Shown here piece by piece: positions 8,741 through 18,192 of a stretch of 64,000 bases of DNA. The position numbers were made by a program, and so were the translations under genes. The DNA comes from Escherichia phage HEMP5, in sequence record OR424388.1, one strand, 5' to 3'. Numbering within the stretch: the stretch's first letter is position 1; every line of letters begins with the position of its first letter. A model generated the notes under the pieces. That model saw only the letters and a list, made by a program, of their open reading frames with translations, did not search any database and was not told where the DNA came from.

Positions 8741-8890
8741 TCAATTGATACATTCATATTTAACTTGTAACAGTAATAAGCTCCAACCTAAAATAATAGT
8801 TGGAATCATAAGAGGAACCGTTACACTATAGTATATACTTATTATAATCATCAAGATTAAAAGCAACACTGTTATAATTTTGCTTTTCAT
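8741..8890 (-). CDS. Small membrane protein (49 aa)
   Basis: ATGA overlap with the upstream stop. Hand translation: MKSKIITVLLLILMIIISIYYSVTVPLMIPTIILGWSLLLLQVKYECIN. Two hydrophobic segments. Confidence 0.6.
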   Translation of the reverse strand: MKSKIITVLLLILMIIISIYYSVTVPLMIPTIILGWSLLLLQVKYECIN

Positions 8891-9138
8891 TCCTTCTCTC
8901 TGATGATAATTACCTGATTTGGTTGTGCAGACTTTTTAGTTTCACCCGCAATTGACCAAATAAATGTAATAAACCAACCAATAATTGACCAGTTAAACAG
9001 TAAAGACGTGAAAAAGATTCCTACTGTTGATTTTGACCCACGCATCAAGGCGATGAACCATGGAAGCATGTATATAATAATAGCCAACACACCTGAAACT
9101 AAAACCATAAAAATTGAACCTGCTACTAAAGTTTCCAT
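8887..9138 (-). CDS. imm: Immunity (superinfection exclusion) membrane protein Imm
   Basis: 83 aa with two transmembrane segments, between 42 and 43. Size and position match T4 Imm. Confidence 0.75.
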   Translation of the reverse strand: METLVAGSIFMVLVSGVLAIIIYMLPWFIALMRGSKSTVGIFFTSLLFNWSIIGWFITFIWSIAGETKKSAQPNQVIIIREKE

Positions 9139-9145
9139 GTTTTCC

Positions 9146-9526
9146 TCACTTAGTCAAATTTTTTACACATGAATTATAAGAATTCACTACATACTCCATC
9201 GGAGCATTTTTACCAGTACGCCATTGGTAATTATTAGCCCAATTAGCCCAAATTTCGGCGCAGTAGTTTTCAATTTTTTCTTCGCGTGTAATTACATCAG
9301 AATTACGATATGCTTGAGCAGATTCATCTGGACGAATAGCTTCGTCAAAATTCGCCTGCATTTGTTCGACTGTTTGCTTTGGAGCTTCTTTATAACACTT
9401 GACATTAGGATTATAAAACTTGCTTGAACAGTTTACAATTTTTCCTGCATCAGACTGATTTACTACCGGTCCTTGAGCTACACAACCAGTAAGACCTAAT
9501 GCAATAACCAAAATAGCGATTTTCAT
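9146..9526 (-). CDS. Predicted lipoprotein (126 aa)
   Basis: ORF track. Signal peptide with lipobox MKIAILVIALGLTGC. Mature part is cysteine-containing and hydrophilic. Confidence 0.8.
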   Translation of the reverse strand: MKIAILVIALGLTGCVAQGPVVNQSDAGKIVNCSSKFYNPNVKCYKEAPKQTVEQMQANFDEAIRPDESAQAYRNSDVITREEKIENYCAEIWANWANNYQWRTGKNAPMEYVVNSYNSCVKNLTK

Positions 9527-9536
9527 AATAATTTCC

Positions 9537-9773
9537 TCAAATGCAAGTAGTAATTACTCCAGTAGTGCTTATGCAGGTATTACCCATTTGCACACCTAAA
9601 GATCCATTTGTATTCGCATGAAGATTATCATCAATTTTAACTGATATTTTACCATTAGTGTGAATAACAGTGCTAGATTCAATCACAGGTTGAGTATCAT
9701 TTTCAACACTAACAAATGGAACTGCTGCTAATGCAACTAAACAAACTGCTAAGCATCCCATAACAATTTTCAT
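9537..9773 (-). CDS. Predicted secreted small protein (78 aa)
   Basis: ORF track 9537..9830, but its first 19 codons read through the promoter and leader. The ATG at 9773 follows GGAGAATAAA and gives MKIVMGCLAVCLVALAAVPFVSV..., a signal peptide. Confidence 0.7.
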   Translation of the reverse strand: MKIVMGCLAVCLVALAAVPFVSVENDTQPVIESSTVIHTNGKISVKIDDNLHANTNGSLGVQMGNTCISTTGVITTCI

Positions 9774-9810
9774 TTTATTCTCCAAATCCGTATCAGTAGT
9801 TGATAGTTGT

Positions 9811-9840
9811 ATAGTACCATGGAAGAACATTCTTGTAAAC
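9811..9840 (-). promoter_or_regulatory. T4-type early promoter (member of the conserved promoter-leader cassette family)
   Basis: Minus strand TTTTCACAAAACTGTTTACA-N17-GGTACTATACAACTATCAACTACTGATACGGATTTGGAGAATAAAATG. Confidence 0.8.
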
Positions 9841-9920
9841 AGTTTTGTGAAAATTTTTTAGTGAATTCTAAATGTCCAGAATCATCTGTTTTTCATAAGT
9901 ATAGATTTATATTACTTGTA

Positions 9921-9944
9921 TGAAAAAGGGACCCGGAGGTCCCT
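9921..9944 (-). terminator. Intrinsic terminator after gene 43
   Basis: Minus RNA AGGGACC-UCCG-GGUCCCU followed by UUUUUC, 13 nt after the gene 43 stop. Confidence 0.75.
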
Positions 9945-9956
9945 AGATTTATTCTA

Positions 9957-12653
9957 TCAGCCAAACAGGAAGTCTAACGAAGCTTTTTCTTCATAGTCCA
10001 TACCAGCTGATTCACACATGCCCGCAAGCGGTTTAACAAACGATTTTTGGAACAAAGTTGAGTAGTCAATCCAAGACAGTACGTCAGAACGAATTTCTTT
10101 TGGAAGTTCTGTACCCGACGGCCAAGCAATGCATTTGTCACCAAATGGATTTCCTTCACGCAATGGAAGAACCATTACTTTATTTCCATCCAAAATTGGA
10201 GCTACACCTAAACCGCTAACAGCTCGACGATAAGTTAGCACACCACGAATATGGAACGGACATTTAAATCCTGGCCAACCTTTATCATCATATTTCGCTA
10301 TATCGTTCGCAGTTTTTACTTCAGCAATAACTTTATAGTCGAGTTGACGATATTCTTTCTCGAAGTTCTTGTAATATTCTTGGACAGACTCTTCACCTTC
10401 CTGAAGAATACGACGAATACTTTCTTCGAGAGCTTCTTGGACCGCTTTGGGCGTTGAACTCTGCTGAGTTTCCATACCCATGATTTTTAGATGCGGTTCA
10501 GCAAATCGCTTATCTTCCATATCATAAACGTTCAGAGCATAACGCTTTTTCGCTTTCCAAAATCCACCAACGCCCTTTGAACCAAGTGGAGGGCAAGAAA
10601 TAGCTTCACGGTCCATATGCATCAGATGCTCGCGGTTATTCATATAATCACATAACTCACGATATGCAACATCAATCATAGGTTCCATCTTTTTCTTACC
10701 GAACTGATTCATGAATTCAACTAAATCGTTCTGCTCTTTGAATCGGTCAAGACCAACTTTTTCAATAACTTTATCTACACAAACATATACCGAATCAGTA
10801 TCACCTGCTGCGATGAAATCTTCGCCATTGGTTCCGCATACTTTATTCAGATATTCATTAATTTTACGAGCAATCCACTGAATACCAACTTGGCCGAAAA
10901 TTGTGATAGCAGTAGCATTTCGTAAATCATAGTAACGGAAATGAATATTACCAAGAGCACCATAAAGACTGTTAATAAGAATTTTACGGTTCAGCTGATT
11001 TGTATTAGCAAGTGTAGCCGCTTTTTCACATTCCTCAATCAGACTATTGAGAACAGATTCAGTATAATTCGATAGTTCATTTAAGAAATCATCACTGAAC
11101 TTAACATATCGTTCAACTTCAGGTTTAGTTGAACAAGACCCTGCGCCTTTCATAATAATCTTTTTAATAGCTTCGGCATTCATTTCTTCAGCGAACATTT
11201 TCTTTTTCCAATCTTTACGCTGGAAAAATACTTTAGCGATTTCCTTTGGAATGATACCTTCTTGATGCTTATCATACATCCATCCATTCGGAGAACAAGA
11301 ATATTCATCACTCGGTTTAGGAGCTGTTCCTGCGATATATTCATGAATTGGATGAACTTTAAACTGACCACGAATAGTCTCAGGACTAATGTTAACCTGA
11401 CGAATAATGCTAGGATACAGAGACGTCAAGTCAAAACTCATAATATATCGACGAGCAATTGGTTTAGGTTCAAATACAAATGCACCTGGAAAACTTTGTT
11501 TAACGTGCGAACCTTGTTGAGGAATAACCTTATGTTCACCTTTCAATGAGTTAAAAATAATAGCATCCCAGGTTTTAATAGGACTCATTACACCAGAAAA
11601 AGGCATTTTAGCGTAATAAGACATACTTAAAACTAGATCGATAAACCCGCGAATTTTATCAATTGCTTGAACTGATTCTACGTCAATGATGTTATAACTA
11701 ATATATCGTTGATGATTAGTCTCACGAAGTTTATTAATAGGACCGTCGTATGGTAATTTGCCCTTTTTAGTTTCATGCTGAGCAACTGATTCCAAAGAGA
11801 ATGACGGCAAATTAGTAAATGCGAATTTCTTATACAAATCTAAATAATCAAGAATAGATACGCCATCAATAGAATAAATTTCTTTGCTGCCGTACATATT
11901 TTGAATTAGTTTAGATTTTACCCGACCGATTGGAGAGAAGCGTTTCATACTGCGTTCACCGAGAACCATTTTAACGCGATTCATGATATACGGAACGTCA
12001 AATCCCTCAATATTCCAACCAGTAAAAATAGCAGGTCGTTTCTGTTCCCAAAGATTGATATATTCCATGAGCATATCGCGCTCATTATCGAATGGCATAT
12101 AAATTACTCGGTCAAGAATTTCTTGAGGAACTTCATCACCACCTTCACAGTCAAGCTTAGCAGCTAACTTTGCATCCCATTTTGATACTGAACCGTACAT
12201 TGAATTCAAAAGGTCGAAAACATAAAAACGATCATCAATTGAATCGTAATGAGTGATAGCATCAATTTCATATTCAGCTTTCATTGGGTCAGGAAATTTA
12301 TCACCAGTAACCTCAATGTCACAGTTAGCTACACGAACAAATTTTCGGTCATAAACAATTTCCGAACCATATGTATCACTGATATAAGCGAGTTTAAAAT
12401 CGTTCATACCGAGAGCTTCGAGACCGATGTCTTCCATTCGTTTCATCCAATCTCGAGCATCTTTCATTGATGGAAATTTTTGAGGAGCACAATTTTTACC
12501 ATAGATGTCTTTGTATTTTGACTCTTCCTTACAATGCCTAAACATAGTCGGAAGATATTCTACTTCACGAGTACGTTCCTTTCCGTTTTCATCAATATAA
12601 CGTTCAACAATGTTATTTCCGACTGTTTCAATAGAGATATAAAATTCTTTCAT
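9957..12653 (-). CDS. 43: DNA polymerase (family B), gene 43
   Basis: 898 aa, MKEFYISIETVGNNIVERYIDENGKERTREVEY... Contains the DxxSLYPS and YGDTDS polymerase motifs. Confidence 0.98.
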   Translation of the reverse strand: MKEFYISIETVGNNIVERYIDENGKERTREVEYLPTMFRHCKEESKYKDIYGKNCAPQKFPSMKDARDWMKRMEDIGLEALGMNDFKLAYISDTYGSEIVYDRKFVRVANCDIEVTGDKFPDPMKAEYEIDAITHYDSIDDRFYVFDLLNSMYGSVSKWDAKLAAKLDCEGGDEVPQEILDRVIYMPFDNERDMLMEYINLWEQKRPAIFTGWNIEGFDVPYIMNRVKMVLGERSMKRFSPIGRVKSKLIQNMYGSKEIYSIDGVSILDYLDLYKKFAFTNLPSFSLESVAQHETKKGKLPYDGPINKLRETNHQRYISYNIIDVESVQAIDKIRGFIDLVLSMSYYAKMPFSGVMSPIKTWDAIIFNSLKGEHKVIPQQGSHVKQSFPGAFVFEPKPIARRYIMSFDLTSLYPSIIRQVNISPETIRGQFKVHPIHEYIAGTAPKPSDEYSCSPNGWMYDKHQEGIIPKEIAKVFFQRKDWKKKMFAEEMNAEAIKKIIMKGAGSCSTKPEVERYVKFSDDFLNELSNYTESVLNSLIEECEKAATLANTNQLNRKILINSLYGALGNIHFRYYDLRNATAITIFGQVGIQWIARKINEYLNKVCGTNGEDFIAAGDTDSVYVCVDKVIEKVGLDRFKEQNDLVEFMNQFGKKKMEPMIDVAYRELCDYMNNREHLMHMDREAISCPPLGSKGVGGFWKAKKRYALNVYDMEDKRFAEPHLKIMGMETQQSSTPKAVQEALEESIRRILQEGEESVQEYYKNFEKEYRQLDYKVIAEVKTANDIAKYDDKGWPGFKCPFHIRGVLTYRRAVSGLGVAPILDGNKVMVLPLREGNPFGDKCIAWPSGTELPKEIRSDVLSWIDYSTLFQKSFVKPLAGMCESAGMDYEEKASLDFLFG

Positions 12654-12656
12654 AGA

Positions 12657-12692
12657 TATTCCTTAGTTTATAGCCCGAGTTATTAGGCTCTT
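12657..12692 (-). promoter_or_regulatory. Gene 43 translational operator (gp43 autoregulation hairpin)
   Basis: Minus RNA GAGCCUAAUAACUCGGGCUAUAAACUAAGGAAUAUCUAUG. Hairpin AGCCU-AAUAACUC-GGGCU lies at 12672-12689, with the same 8-nt loop as the classical T4 operator. Confidence 0.85.
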
Positions 12693-12711
12693 GATATATT
12701 ATACTCCAATT

Positions 12712-12729
12712 AAGGGGCCGAAGCCCCTT
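12712..12729 (-). terminator. C(UUCG)G hairpin after regA
   Basis: Minus RNA AAGGGGC-UUCG-GCCCCUU, 3 nt after the regA stop. Confidence 0.7.
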
Positions 12730-12731
12730 GC

Positions 12732-13100
12732 TTAATTACCAATCGTATATTTAGGAACGAGTTTCCATTCATGTTTTTGTTTAAAAGAAATAACTCGGAA
12801 ATTATTAGTTAAATCTTTCATAAAAGTTCTTTGACCAGGAACGATTTCAATCAGTCCCCAATCTTCTAACAACCATGCAATCGAATCACGACGAACTTCA
12901 TCTTCTTCTGTCATTTCAACCTGGCGACCATCCATACGAAGCATTTCTTTAAAATGAACGATATAGTATAGTCCTTTTTTCTGAAGAATATGACAGGACT
13001 GATACAGAACTTTATCTTTATTATTAGCAATTCCCATACGAGTCAAAGTTTCTTTTACTTTCAGAAAATCTTCAGGTTTTTTAAGAGTAATTTCAATCAT
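12732..13100 (-). CDS. regA: RegA translational repressor
   Basis: 122 aa, MIEITLKKPEDFLKVKETLTRMGIANNKDKVLYQSCHILQKKGLYYIVHFKEM... Matches T4 RegA. Confidence 0.97.
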   Translation of the reverse strand: MIEITLKKPEDFLKVKETLTRMGIANNKDKVLYQSCHILQKKGLYYIVHFKEMLRMDGRQVEMTEEDEVRRDSIAWLLEDWGLIEIVPGQRTFMKDLTNNFRVISFKQKHEWKLVPKYTIGN

Positions 13101-13101
13101 T

Positions 13102-13665
13102 TTACCATTCCAATGCTAGTTTTTTGAGTTGTTTCTGTTCTTTTACGTTCTTAGTCACTTCTTTCAAAAAATCATCCGTGACTAATCCTTTAAGTTCTTT
13201 TAATACTAAAGGTAGTTTTCCATTTTTAGTAAGAATTGATTTATAGTTAATTGCATCATTTGTATTAACTTGATAACGCTTAGCAAGTAACTTAATAATC
13301 AATACTTCGGTGGAATCTTCAACTAGTTTTGCCCATTTACCATATCTTTTACCACGAGGAACTGCAGCCATTAGATAATTAAAATGAGCTTCATCACTTA
13401 ATCCAGAACCGATTAAATTCATAGCATATACAGCTGGCATGCACTCTGGAAATTGTGATAATGCATTTTCAACCATGAATTTTGAATAATCTTTTTGAGC
13501 AATAGAGCATTTAGTTTTATTATTAATAGCTCCAATTATTTCAAAAAACTCATTTTCAGCTTTTTCTTTAAAAGAATCAGCAGCGGATTGGACAGCCGTC
13601 CAATCTTTTGAATACCAAGCAACTTGATGCTCGTTTAATTGAATATCATCTTCAAATAAGCTCAT
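13102..13665 (-). CDS. 62: Clamp loader small subunit, gene 62
   Basis: ORF track 13102..13686. The ATG at 13665 ([22 protein letters not shown]...) gives 187 aa, as in T4 gp62. Confidence 0.95.
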   Translation of the reverse strand: MSLFEDDIQLNEHQVAWYSKDWTAVQSAADSFKEKAENEFFEIIGAINNKTKCSIAQKDYSKFMVENALSQFPECMPAVYAMNLIGSGLSDEAHFNYLMAAVPRGKRYGKWAKLVEDSTEVLIIKLLAKRYQVNTNDAINYKSILTKNGKLPLVLKELKGLVTDDFLKEVTKNVKEQKQLKKLALEW

Positions 13666-13666
13666 A

Positions 13667-14626
13667 TCACTTCCACTGCATTTCACATGCTAACTGAATG
13701 AAAAGATAAGCTAAATGCAATTCAGTATTAGCTGCAATACCATGATACTGATTATTTTCGCCGACAATTTCGTACATACGAATAATACTCTGTGGAGTTA
13801 CACGTGAATAGATTTCTTCGGCAAGTTTACCCACGAACCACGAATAATCGGCTGCATATTTTGGTGCTAAAGCTCTGAGTTGTTTAACATCTTTATTTTT
13901 GAGAGACTCAAGAACATCATCAATAGCACCACGATCGTTAGTAACCAGTGATAAAATACCAGCATCCAAAACACCCTTAGATGAATAACTATCGAGCTCG
14001 CCAATAGTTTTACGAAAATCAGGAAAATTCTTTTTAACCAAAGCTGCTACAACTTTCATATCAGCTATAGCAATTCCTTCATGCTTGCAGATTTCAGTCA
14101 ATCGACGAATCATCTGCTTCATCATTTCAATTTTATCTTCATCGGTCGGTTGACCGAATGTAATAACTCGGCAGCGTGACTGAAGTGGTTTAATAATACC
14201 ATCAATATTGTTAGCAGTAATAATAATACTACAGTTTGAACTATAAGCTTCCATAAAGGAACGAAGATGTCGCTGAGACTCTGCTAACCCTGAACGGTCA
14301 AATTCATCAATAACGATTACTTTTTGACGACCGTCAAATGAAGCTGCGCTGGCAAAATTAGTCAAAGGACCACGAACGAAATCAATTTTACAATCTGATC
14401 CATTCACAAACATCATATCAGCATTTACATCATGACACAATGCTTTCGCTACAGTTGTTTTACCTGTTCCTGGAGAAGGAGAATGAAGAATAATATGTGG
14501 AATCTTACCTTTACTTGTAATAGATTTAAAGGTTTCTTTATCAAAGGCGGGAAGAATACATTCATCGATAGTAGATGGACGATATTTCTGTTCAAGAATG
14601 TGTTCTTTTTCATTTACGGTAATCAT
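13667..14626 (-). CDS. 44: Clamp loader ATPase subunit, gene 44
   Basis: ORF track 13667..14641. The ATG at 14626 after GAGGAAATT ([17 protein letters not shown]...) gives 319 aa. Walker [10 protein letters not shown]. Confidence 0.96.
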
Positions 14627-14638
14627 AATTTCCTCATT
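14627..14638 (-). promoter_or_regulatory. RegA recognition element on the gene 44 ribosome-binding site
   Basis: Minus RNA AAUGAGGAAAUU immediately 5' of the gene 44 AUG. Matches the gene 44 RegA target as I remember it. Confidence 0.5.
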
Positions 14639-14660
14639 CAAGTTTTAGTGTAAATTATAA

Positions 14661-14674
14661 AGGGCCGAAGCCCT
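14661..14674 (-). terminator. C(UUCG)G hairpin after gene 45
   Basis: Minus RNA AGGGC-UUCG-GCCCU, 4 nt after the gene 45 stop. Confidence 0.6.
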
Positions 14675-14677
14675 CTA

Positions 14678-15364
14678 TTAAAAATCGTGGGTAGAATCAG
14701 CTTCAAGAGCTACTACATAATTCGCATGTTCACCTTCAAATTTAGCAGCACCTTGTTTACCTTTTGCCCAGAGCAGAAGTTTATAATTTCCTGGTTGCAT
14801 TTTCATATTTGCCATATTGATAATGAAATTAAATGTATTTTCACCATCATAATCACCAAGAGTCAAAGAATATTTAACACGGGTCAAAGCAGAATCTTCT
14901 ACTTTATTAAAACCGTTAATTACGATTTTACCTTCTTTTACCGTGATAGCAATTGTATCAATTTGCAGACCACGAGATACACGCAACAGTTGTTGAAGGT
15001 CTTCAGCTTTAATTTCAGTAACAACAGATGCTACCGGGAATGGAATTGGTTTATTAGGAGCAACTACTGTACTCGGATCGGCTGCTGGCCAAAAAATTGT
15101 TGAGCGGGCATCAGCAATTTTAATATTTCCATCTTCTGACTGGGAAATTTCTGCATCATCATTAACTAGCGACAGAATACCGAGAAAACCGTTCAAATCG
15201 TAAATTGCTACATCAAAATCAATAACGTCAGAAATATTCGCTTCTGCATAAGTTGTACCATTAACCGCACGAGTCATAATAAATTGACCGGATTTAAGCA
15301 TAATACCAGAGTTAATAGTAGCGAAATTTTTCAGCAGAGCAGTAGTATCTTTAGACAGTTTCAT
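14678..15364 (-). CDS. 45: Sliding clamp, gene 45
   Basis: 228 aa, MKLSKDTTALLKNFATINSGIMLKSGQFIMTRAVNGTTYAEANISD... Matches T4 gp45. Confidence 0.97.
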   Translation of the reverse strand: MKLSKDTTALLKNFATINSGIMLKSGQFIMTRAVNGTTYAEANISDVIDFDVAIYDLNGFLGILSLVNDDAEISQSEDGNIKIADARSTIFWPAADPSTVVAPNKPIPFPVASVVTEIKAEDLQQLLRVSRGLQIDTIAITVKEGKIVINGFNKVEDSALTRVKYSLTLGDYDGENTFNFIINMANMKMQPGNYKLLLWAKGKQGAAKFEGEHANYVVALEADSTHDF

Positions 15365-15394
15365 GTAATTTCCTTCAATTCAAATGAGATTTAA

Positions 15395-15419
15395 TTTTAT
15401 AACTAATTAAATAAAGCAA
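15395..15419 (-). promoter_or_regulatory. MotA-dependent middle promoter candidate for gene 45
   Basis: Minus strand TTGCTTTA, 10-11 nt, then TATAAAAT, about 30 nt upstream of the gene 45 ATG. Confidence 0.55.
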
Positions 15420-15809
15420 TTAACGATTAAAATCAGCTGCGATTGTTTCGGCAACAATTTGAGCAGCAACAATTAGACGTTCATCTGCATTACCGCAATA
15501 TTCATCTTCAAGGCGTTCACCACATGAAGTCATAATAAATTTAGCACCGGCGTTTAGAGATTCTGTAGTATGTTTGCGCATTAGTTCAATCCATTTATTA
15601 CTTACTTCATGATCGATAGCTTCATAATACGCATGACGAGCAGGTGCAGATTTAATTTTGTTCTGAATAACTTCCATTGCGTTATCAGAAAGAGACAAAA
15701 CCCATGCTCGACGAATTTTATTTTGGTTTTGTGGATTTGATTCAGAACGCACGTGTTTTGGCTGAATATCTTTTACATCAACAGTATAATTCACAGTAAT
15801 TTTAGTCAT
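15420..15809 (-). CDS. rpbA: RNA polymerase-binding protein RpbA
   Basis: 129 aa, [20 protein letters not shown]... Lies between 45 and 45.2 as in T4. Confidence 0.9.
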   Translation of the reverse strand: MTKITVNYTVDVKDIQPKHVRSESNPQNQNKIRRAWVLSLSDNAMEVIQNKIKSAPARHAYYEAIDHEVSNKWIELMRKHTTESLNAGAKFIMTSCGERLEDEYCGNADERLIVAAQIVAETIAADFNR

Positions 15810-15818
15810 AATACACCT

Positions 15819-16007
15819 TTAGTCATAATAATCAGTAACAGTCCAAGCTTCATTTCTATTGGACATTATTTTTGTATATTCTGCTTTAAATGCATTCCTA
15901 AGCATAGATTCAGTAACTATATGCTCTTCATTAGAAAAATTATTTCTCAGAATATATCGTTTTATTTCAGGAATAGTTAATAGATGTTGTCCAGTTGAAT
16001 ATTCCAT
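15819..16007 (-). CDS. 45.2: Conserved small early protein 45.2
   Basis: ORF track, 62 aa. Synteny between rpbA and 46. Confidence 0.8.
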   Translation of the reverse strand: MEYSTGQHLLTIPEIKRYILRNNFSNEEHIVTESMLRNAFKAEYTKIMSNRNEAWTVTDYYD

Positions 16008-16062
16008 GTTTTTCCTCCACAGAGATTATACTCTAATAAATTAAAGCATAATCTCTTATAAA

Positions 16063-17745
16063 TTAAACCATTACAGTAAATCGACCAACTTTCTTCATTT
16101 GAAGGTGCTGACCATATGCTTGTGGGTCATGATCTCTATGCGAAATAACAAAAACATTAGTATTTTTTAAACTATCTAAAATAGTTGAAATAGCTTTTAC
16201 ACCTTCAACATCGGTCGCTGAATCAAAAACTTCATCAAGAATTAGTGTGTTTATTTTAACACCTGAAACTTTTTCAGCAATATCACGCCAAGTAAATAAA
16301 AGAGCAATATCAATTCGTGCTTTTTCACCTTGACTGAATGAAGCATAACTAAAATCTTCACGACCACGGGATTTAATTGTCTCATTAAATTCTTCATCTA
16401 ATGTAAACACATAATCCGCTTCCATTATTTTAAGATAATGGTTAATCTGCTTATTAAATAATGGAATGTACTTTTTAATAATAGCACCTTTAATACCAGA
16501 ATCTTTGAGCATATCAGTCAAAATTCCTCGGTGGTATTTTTCCATTACTAAATTAGTTTTTGTCTTAACAATTTTATCAAGTTCTTCTTGAAGCAGTGCT
16601 ATTTCATCAGCATGGTCAATAAACTCAGAAGATGCTTTTTCTATAGCCGCTTTAACTTTTTTAGCTTTATCTACCGTCGTGATTAGAGATTGCTTTTTAT
16701 TGCGAATATCATTTGCCAACGACTGCTGGGTTTTAATATTATCTCGGTATTCATCAACAAGAACTTTTAAATTATCACGATGTGTTGAAAGCTGTTCAAA
16801 CGAATGCGTGCATTCAGAAACTTTATCTTTAATTTTAGAAACAACTTTATCACCGGAACTTAATTGTGACAAACAGGTTGGACATAATCCACCTTCGTGA
16901 TACATATTAATGACTTTATTATACGAGTCAATTTTTGATTTAATTAAAAATGCTTCTTGACCGATTTTATTAAATGCATCAGTCGGGTCTTCATCTAAAA
17001 CAATATTAACTAATCTTTCATTAGCTTCTTCTATTTCCGATTTTAGCGTTCTAGCTTCTTTTGCCAAATCATCATACATATTTTGAAGACGAGTAAGGTT
17101 GTCACCCGTTAATTTTTTCTGGCGTTCAACGTTATCATTATATATTTTAATTTGTTGGATAATACTATCTTTTTTAACATCAAGCACTTGGTTTTGTGAA
17201 TTTAATTCACGTATTAGTGCTTTATTAAGCTTATCCATTTCAGCTAATGTTCCTACCTCAAGCAGGTCTTCCACAAGCTTTCTTCGTGCAGGGGTCGACA
17301 AACCCATGAAAGGGGTATACCCTGCTGTACCAAGGACAACAATCTGCTTGAAACTGGCATATGACATTCCGATAAGCTGTTCAAATTCTGCTTGGAAATC
17401 TTTACTGCTGGCAGATTCATTAAGACGTGTACCGTTAACGGTGATTTCGAAAACGTTTGGTTTTTGTCCTCTTTTGATATAGTACTTTTTCTCATCATAT
17501 TCCATCCACAGTTCAACTAAAAGTTCTTTCTTATTTGTGCTGTTTATTAATTGACCTTTCTTTACATCACGAAATGGCTTACCAAAAAGCCCAAATGTGA
17601 TGGCTTCTAGCATAGTAGACTTACCACCGCCATTTCGTCCAGTAATAAGAGTTTTTTGAACCTTATCTAATTGAATGTCAATAGGATTTCCACCTACTGA
17701 CATTATATTTTGATACCTAACTCGGTTTAGTTTAAAATTCTTCAC
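16063..17745 (-). CDS. 46: Recombination nuclease subunit (Rad50/SbcC-like), gene 46
   Basis: 560 aa, GTG start forming a GTGA overlap with the upstream stop. Walker A GRNGGGKST, central coiled coil with CPTC zinc hook, C-terminal LILDEVFD. Confidence 0.96.
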   Translation of the reverse strand: MKNFKLNRVRYQNIMSVGGNPIDIQLDKVQKTLITGRNGGGKSTMLEAITFGLFGKPFRDVKKGQLINSTNKKELLVELWMEYDEKKYYIKRGQKPNVFEITVNGTRLNESASSKDFQAEFEQLIGMSYASFKQIVVLGTAGYTPFMGLSTPARRKLVEDLLEVGTLAEMDKLNKALIRELNSQNQVLDVKKDSIIQQIKIYNDNVERQKKLTGDNLTRLQNMYDDLAKEARTLKSEIEEANERLVNIVLDEDPTDAFNKIGQEAFLIKSKIDSYNKVINMYHEGGLCPTCLSQLSSGDKVVSKIKDKVSECTHSFEQLSTHRDNLKVLVDEYRDNIKTQQSLANDIRNKKQSLITTVDKAKKVKAAIEKASSEFIDHADEIALLQEELDKIVKTKTNLVMEKYHRGILTDMLKDSGIKGAIIKKYIPLFNKQINHYLKIMEADYVFTLDEEFNETIKSRGREDFSYASFSQGEKARIDIALLFTWRDIAEKVSGVKINTLILDEVFDSATDVEGVKAISTILDSLKNTNVFVISHRDHDPQAYGQHLQMKKVGRFTVMV

Positions 17746-17957
17746 AAAAGATTCCTTTTAATGTATCTTTTAGACCATTCTATCATATCATCATAATCTA
17801 AAAAGTATTCATCAAATTCAGCCACGCAAACAACGCCTTGTGCTGTTTTTGATGTAATATAAATTATTCCAACATATCTAGAATCTTCTTCGGTATAATC
17901 AATATTTGCTATGAATTCATCATTAATGTCAAATGTCGAAAACTTCACAGTATGCAT
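17742..17957 (-). CDS. Small conserved protein between 47 and 46 (46.1-like)
   Basis: ORF track 17742..18005. The likely start is the internal ATG at 17957 or the GTG just downstream. Start uncertain. Confidence 0.5.
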   Translation of the reverse strand: MHTVKFSTFDINDEFIANIDYTEEDSRYVGIIYITSKTAQGVVCVAEFDEYFLDYDDMIEWSKRYIKRNLL

Positions 17958-18192
17958 CCTTAATACAAGATACAGCCATATCTTGTAATGATTTAGGTGT
18001 GTCATTATCTAAAATGTTGAAGTTAAAAGATACAGCCCAGTCAGTGCAGACCGTAACCTTTTTAATACAATTATCTTCAACCTCTAGCGGTTCAAACCAA
18101 TATTCAATAATTTCTTTATGACCAATATCATCTTTTACTTCGCATTCAAAATGCTGACTCATCATAACATTTTTAAATTCATCAAAAGTCAT
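17929..18192 (-). CDS. Small conserved protein (46.2-like)
   Basis: ORF track, 87 aa. ATG overlaps the gene 47 stop (ATGA). Confidence 0.65.
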   Translation of the reverse strand: MTFDEFKNVMMSQHFECEVKDDIGHKEIIEYWFEPLEVEDNCIKKVTVCTDWAVSFNFNILDNDTPKSLQDMAVSCIKDAYCEVFDI

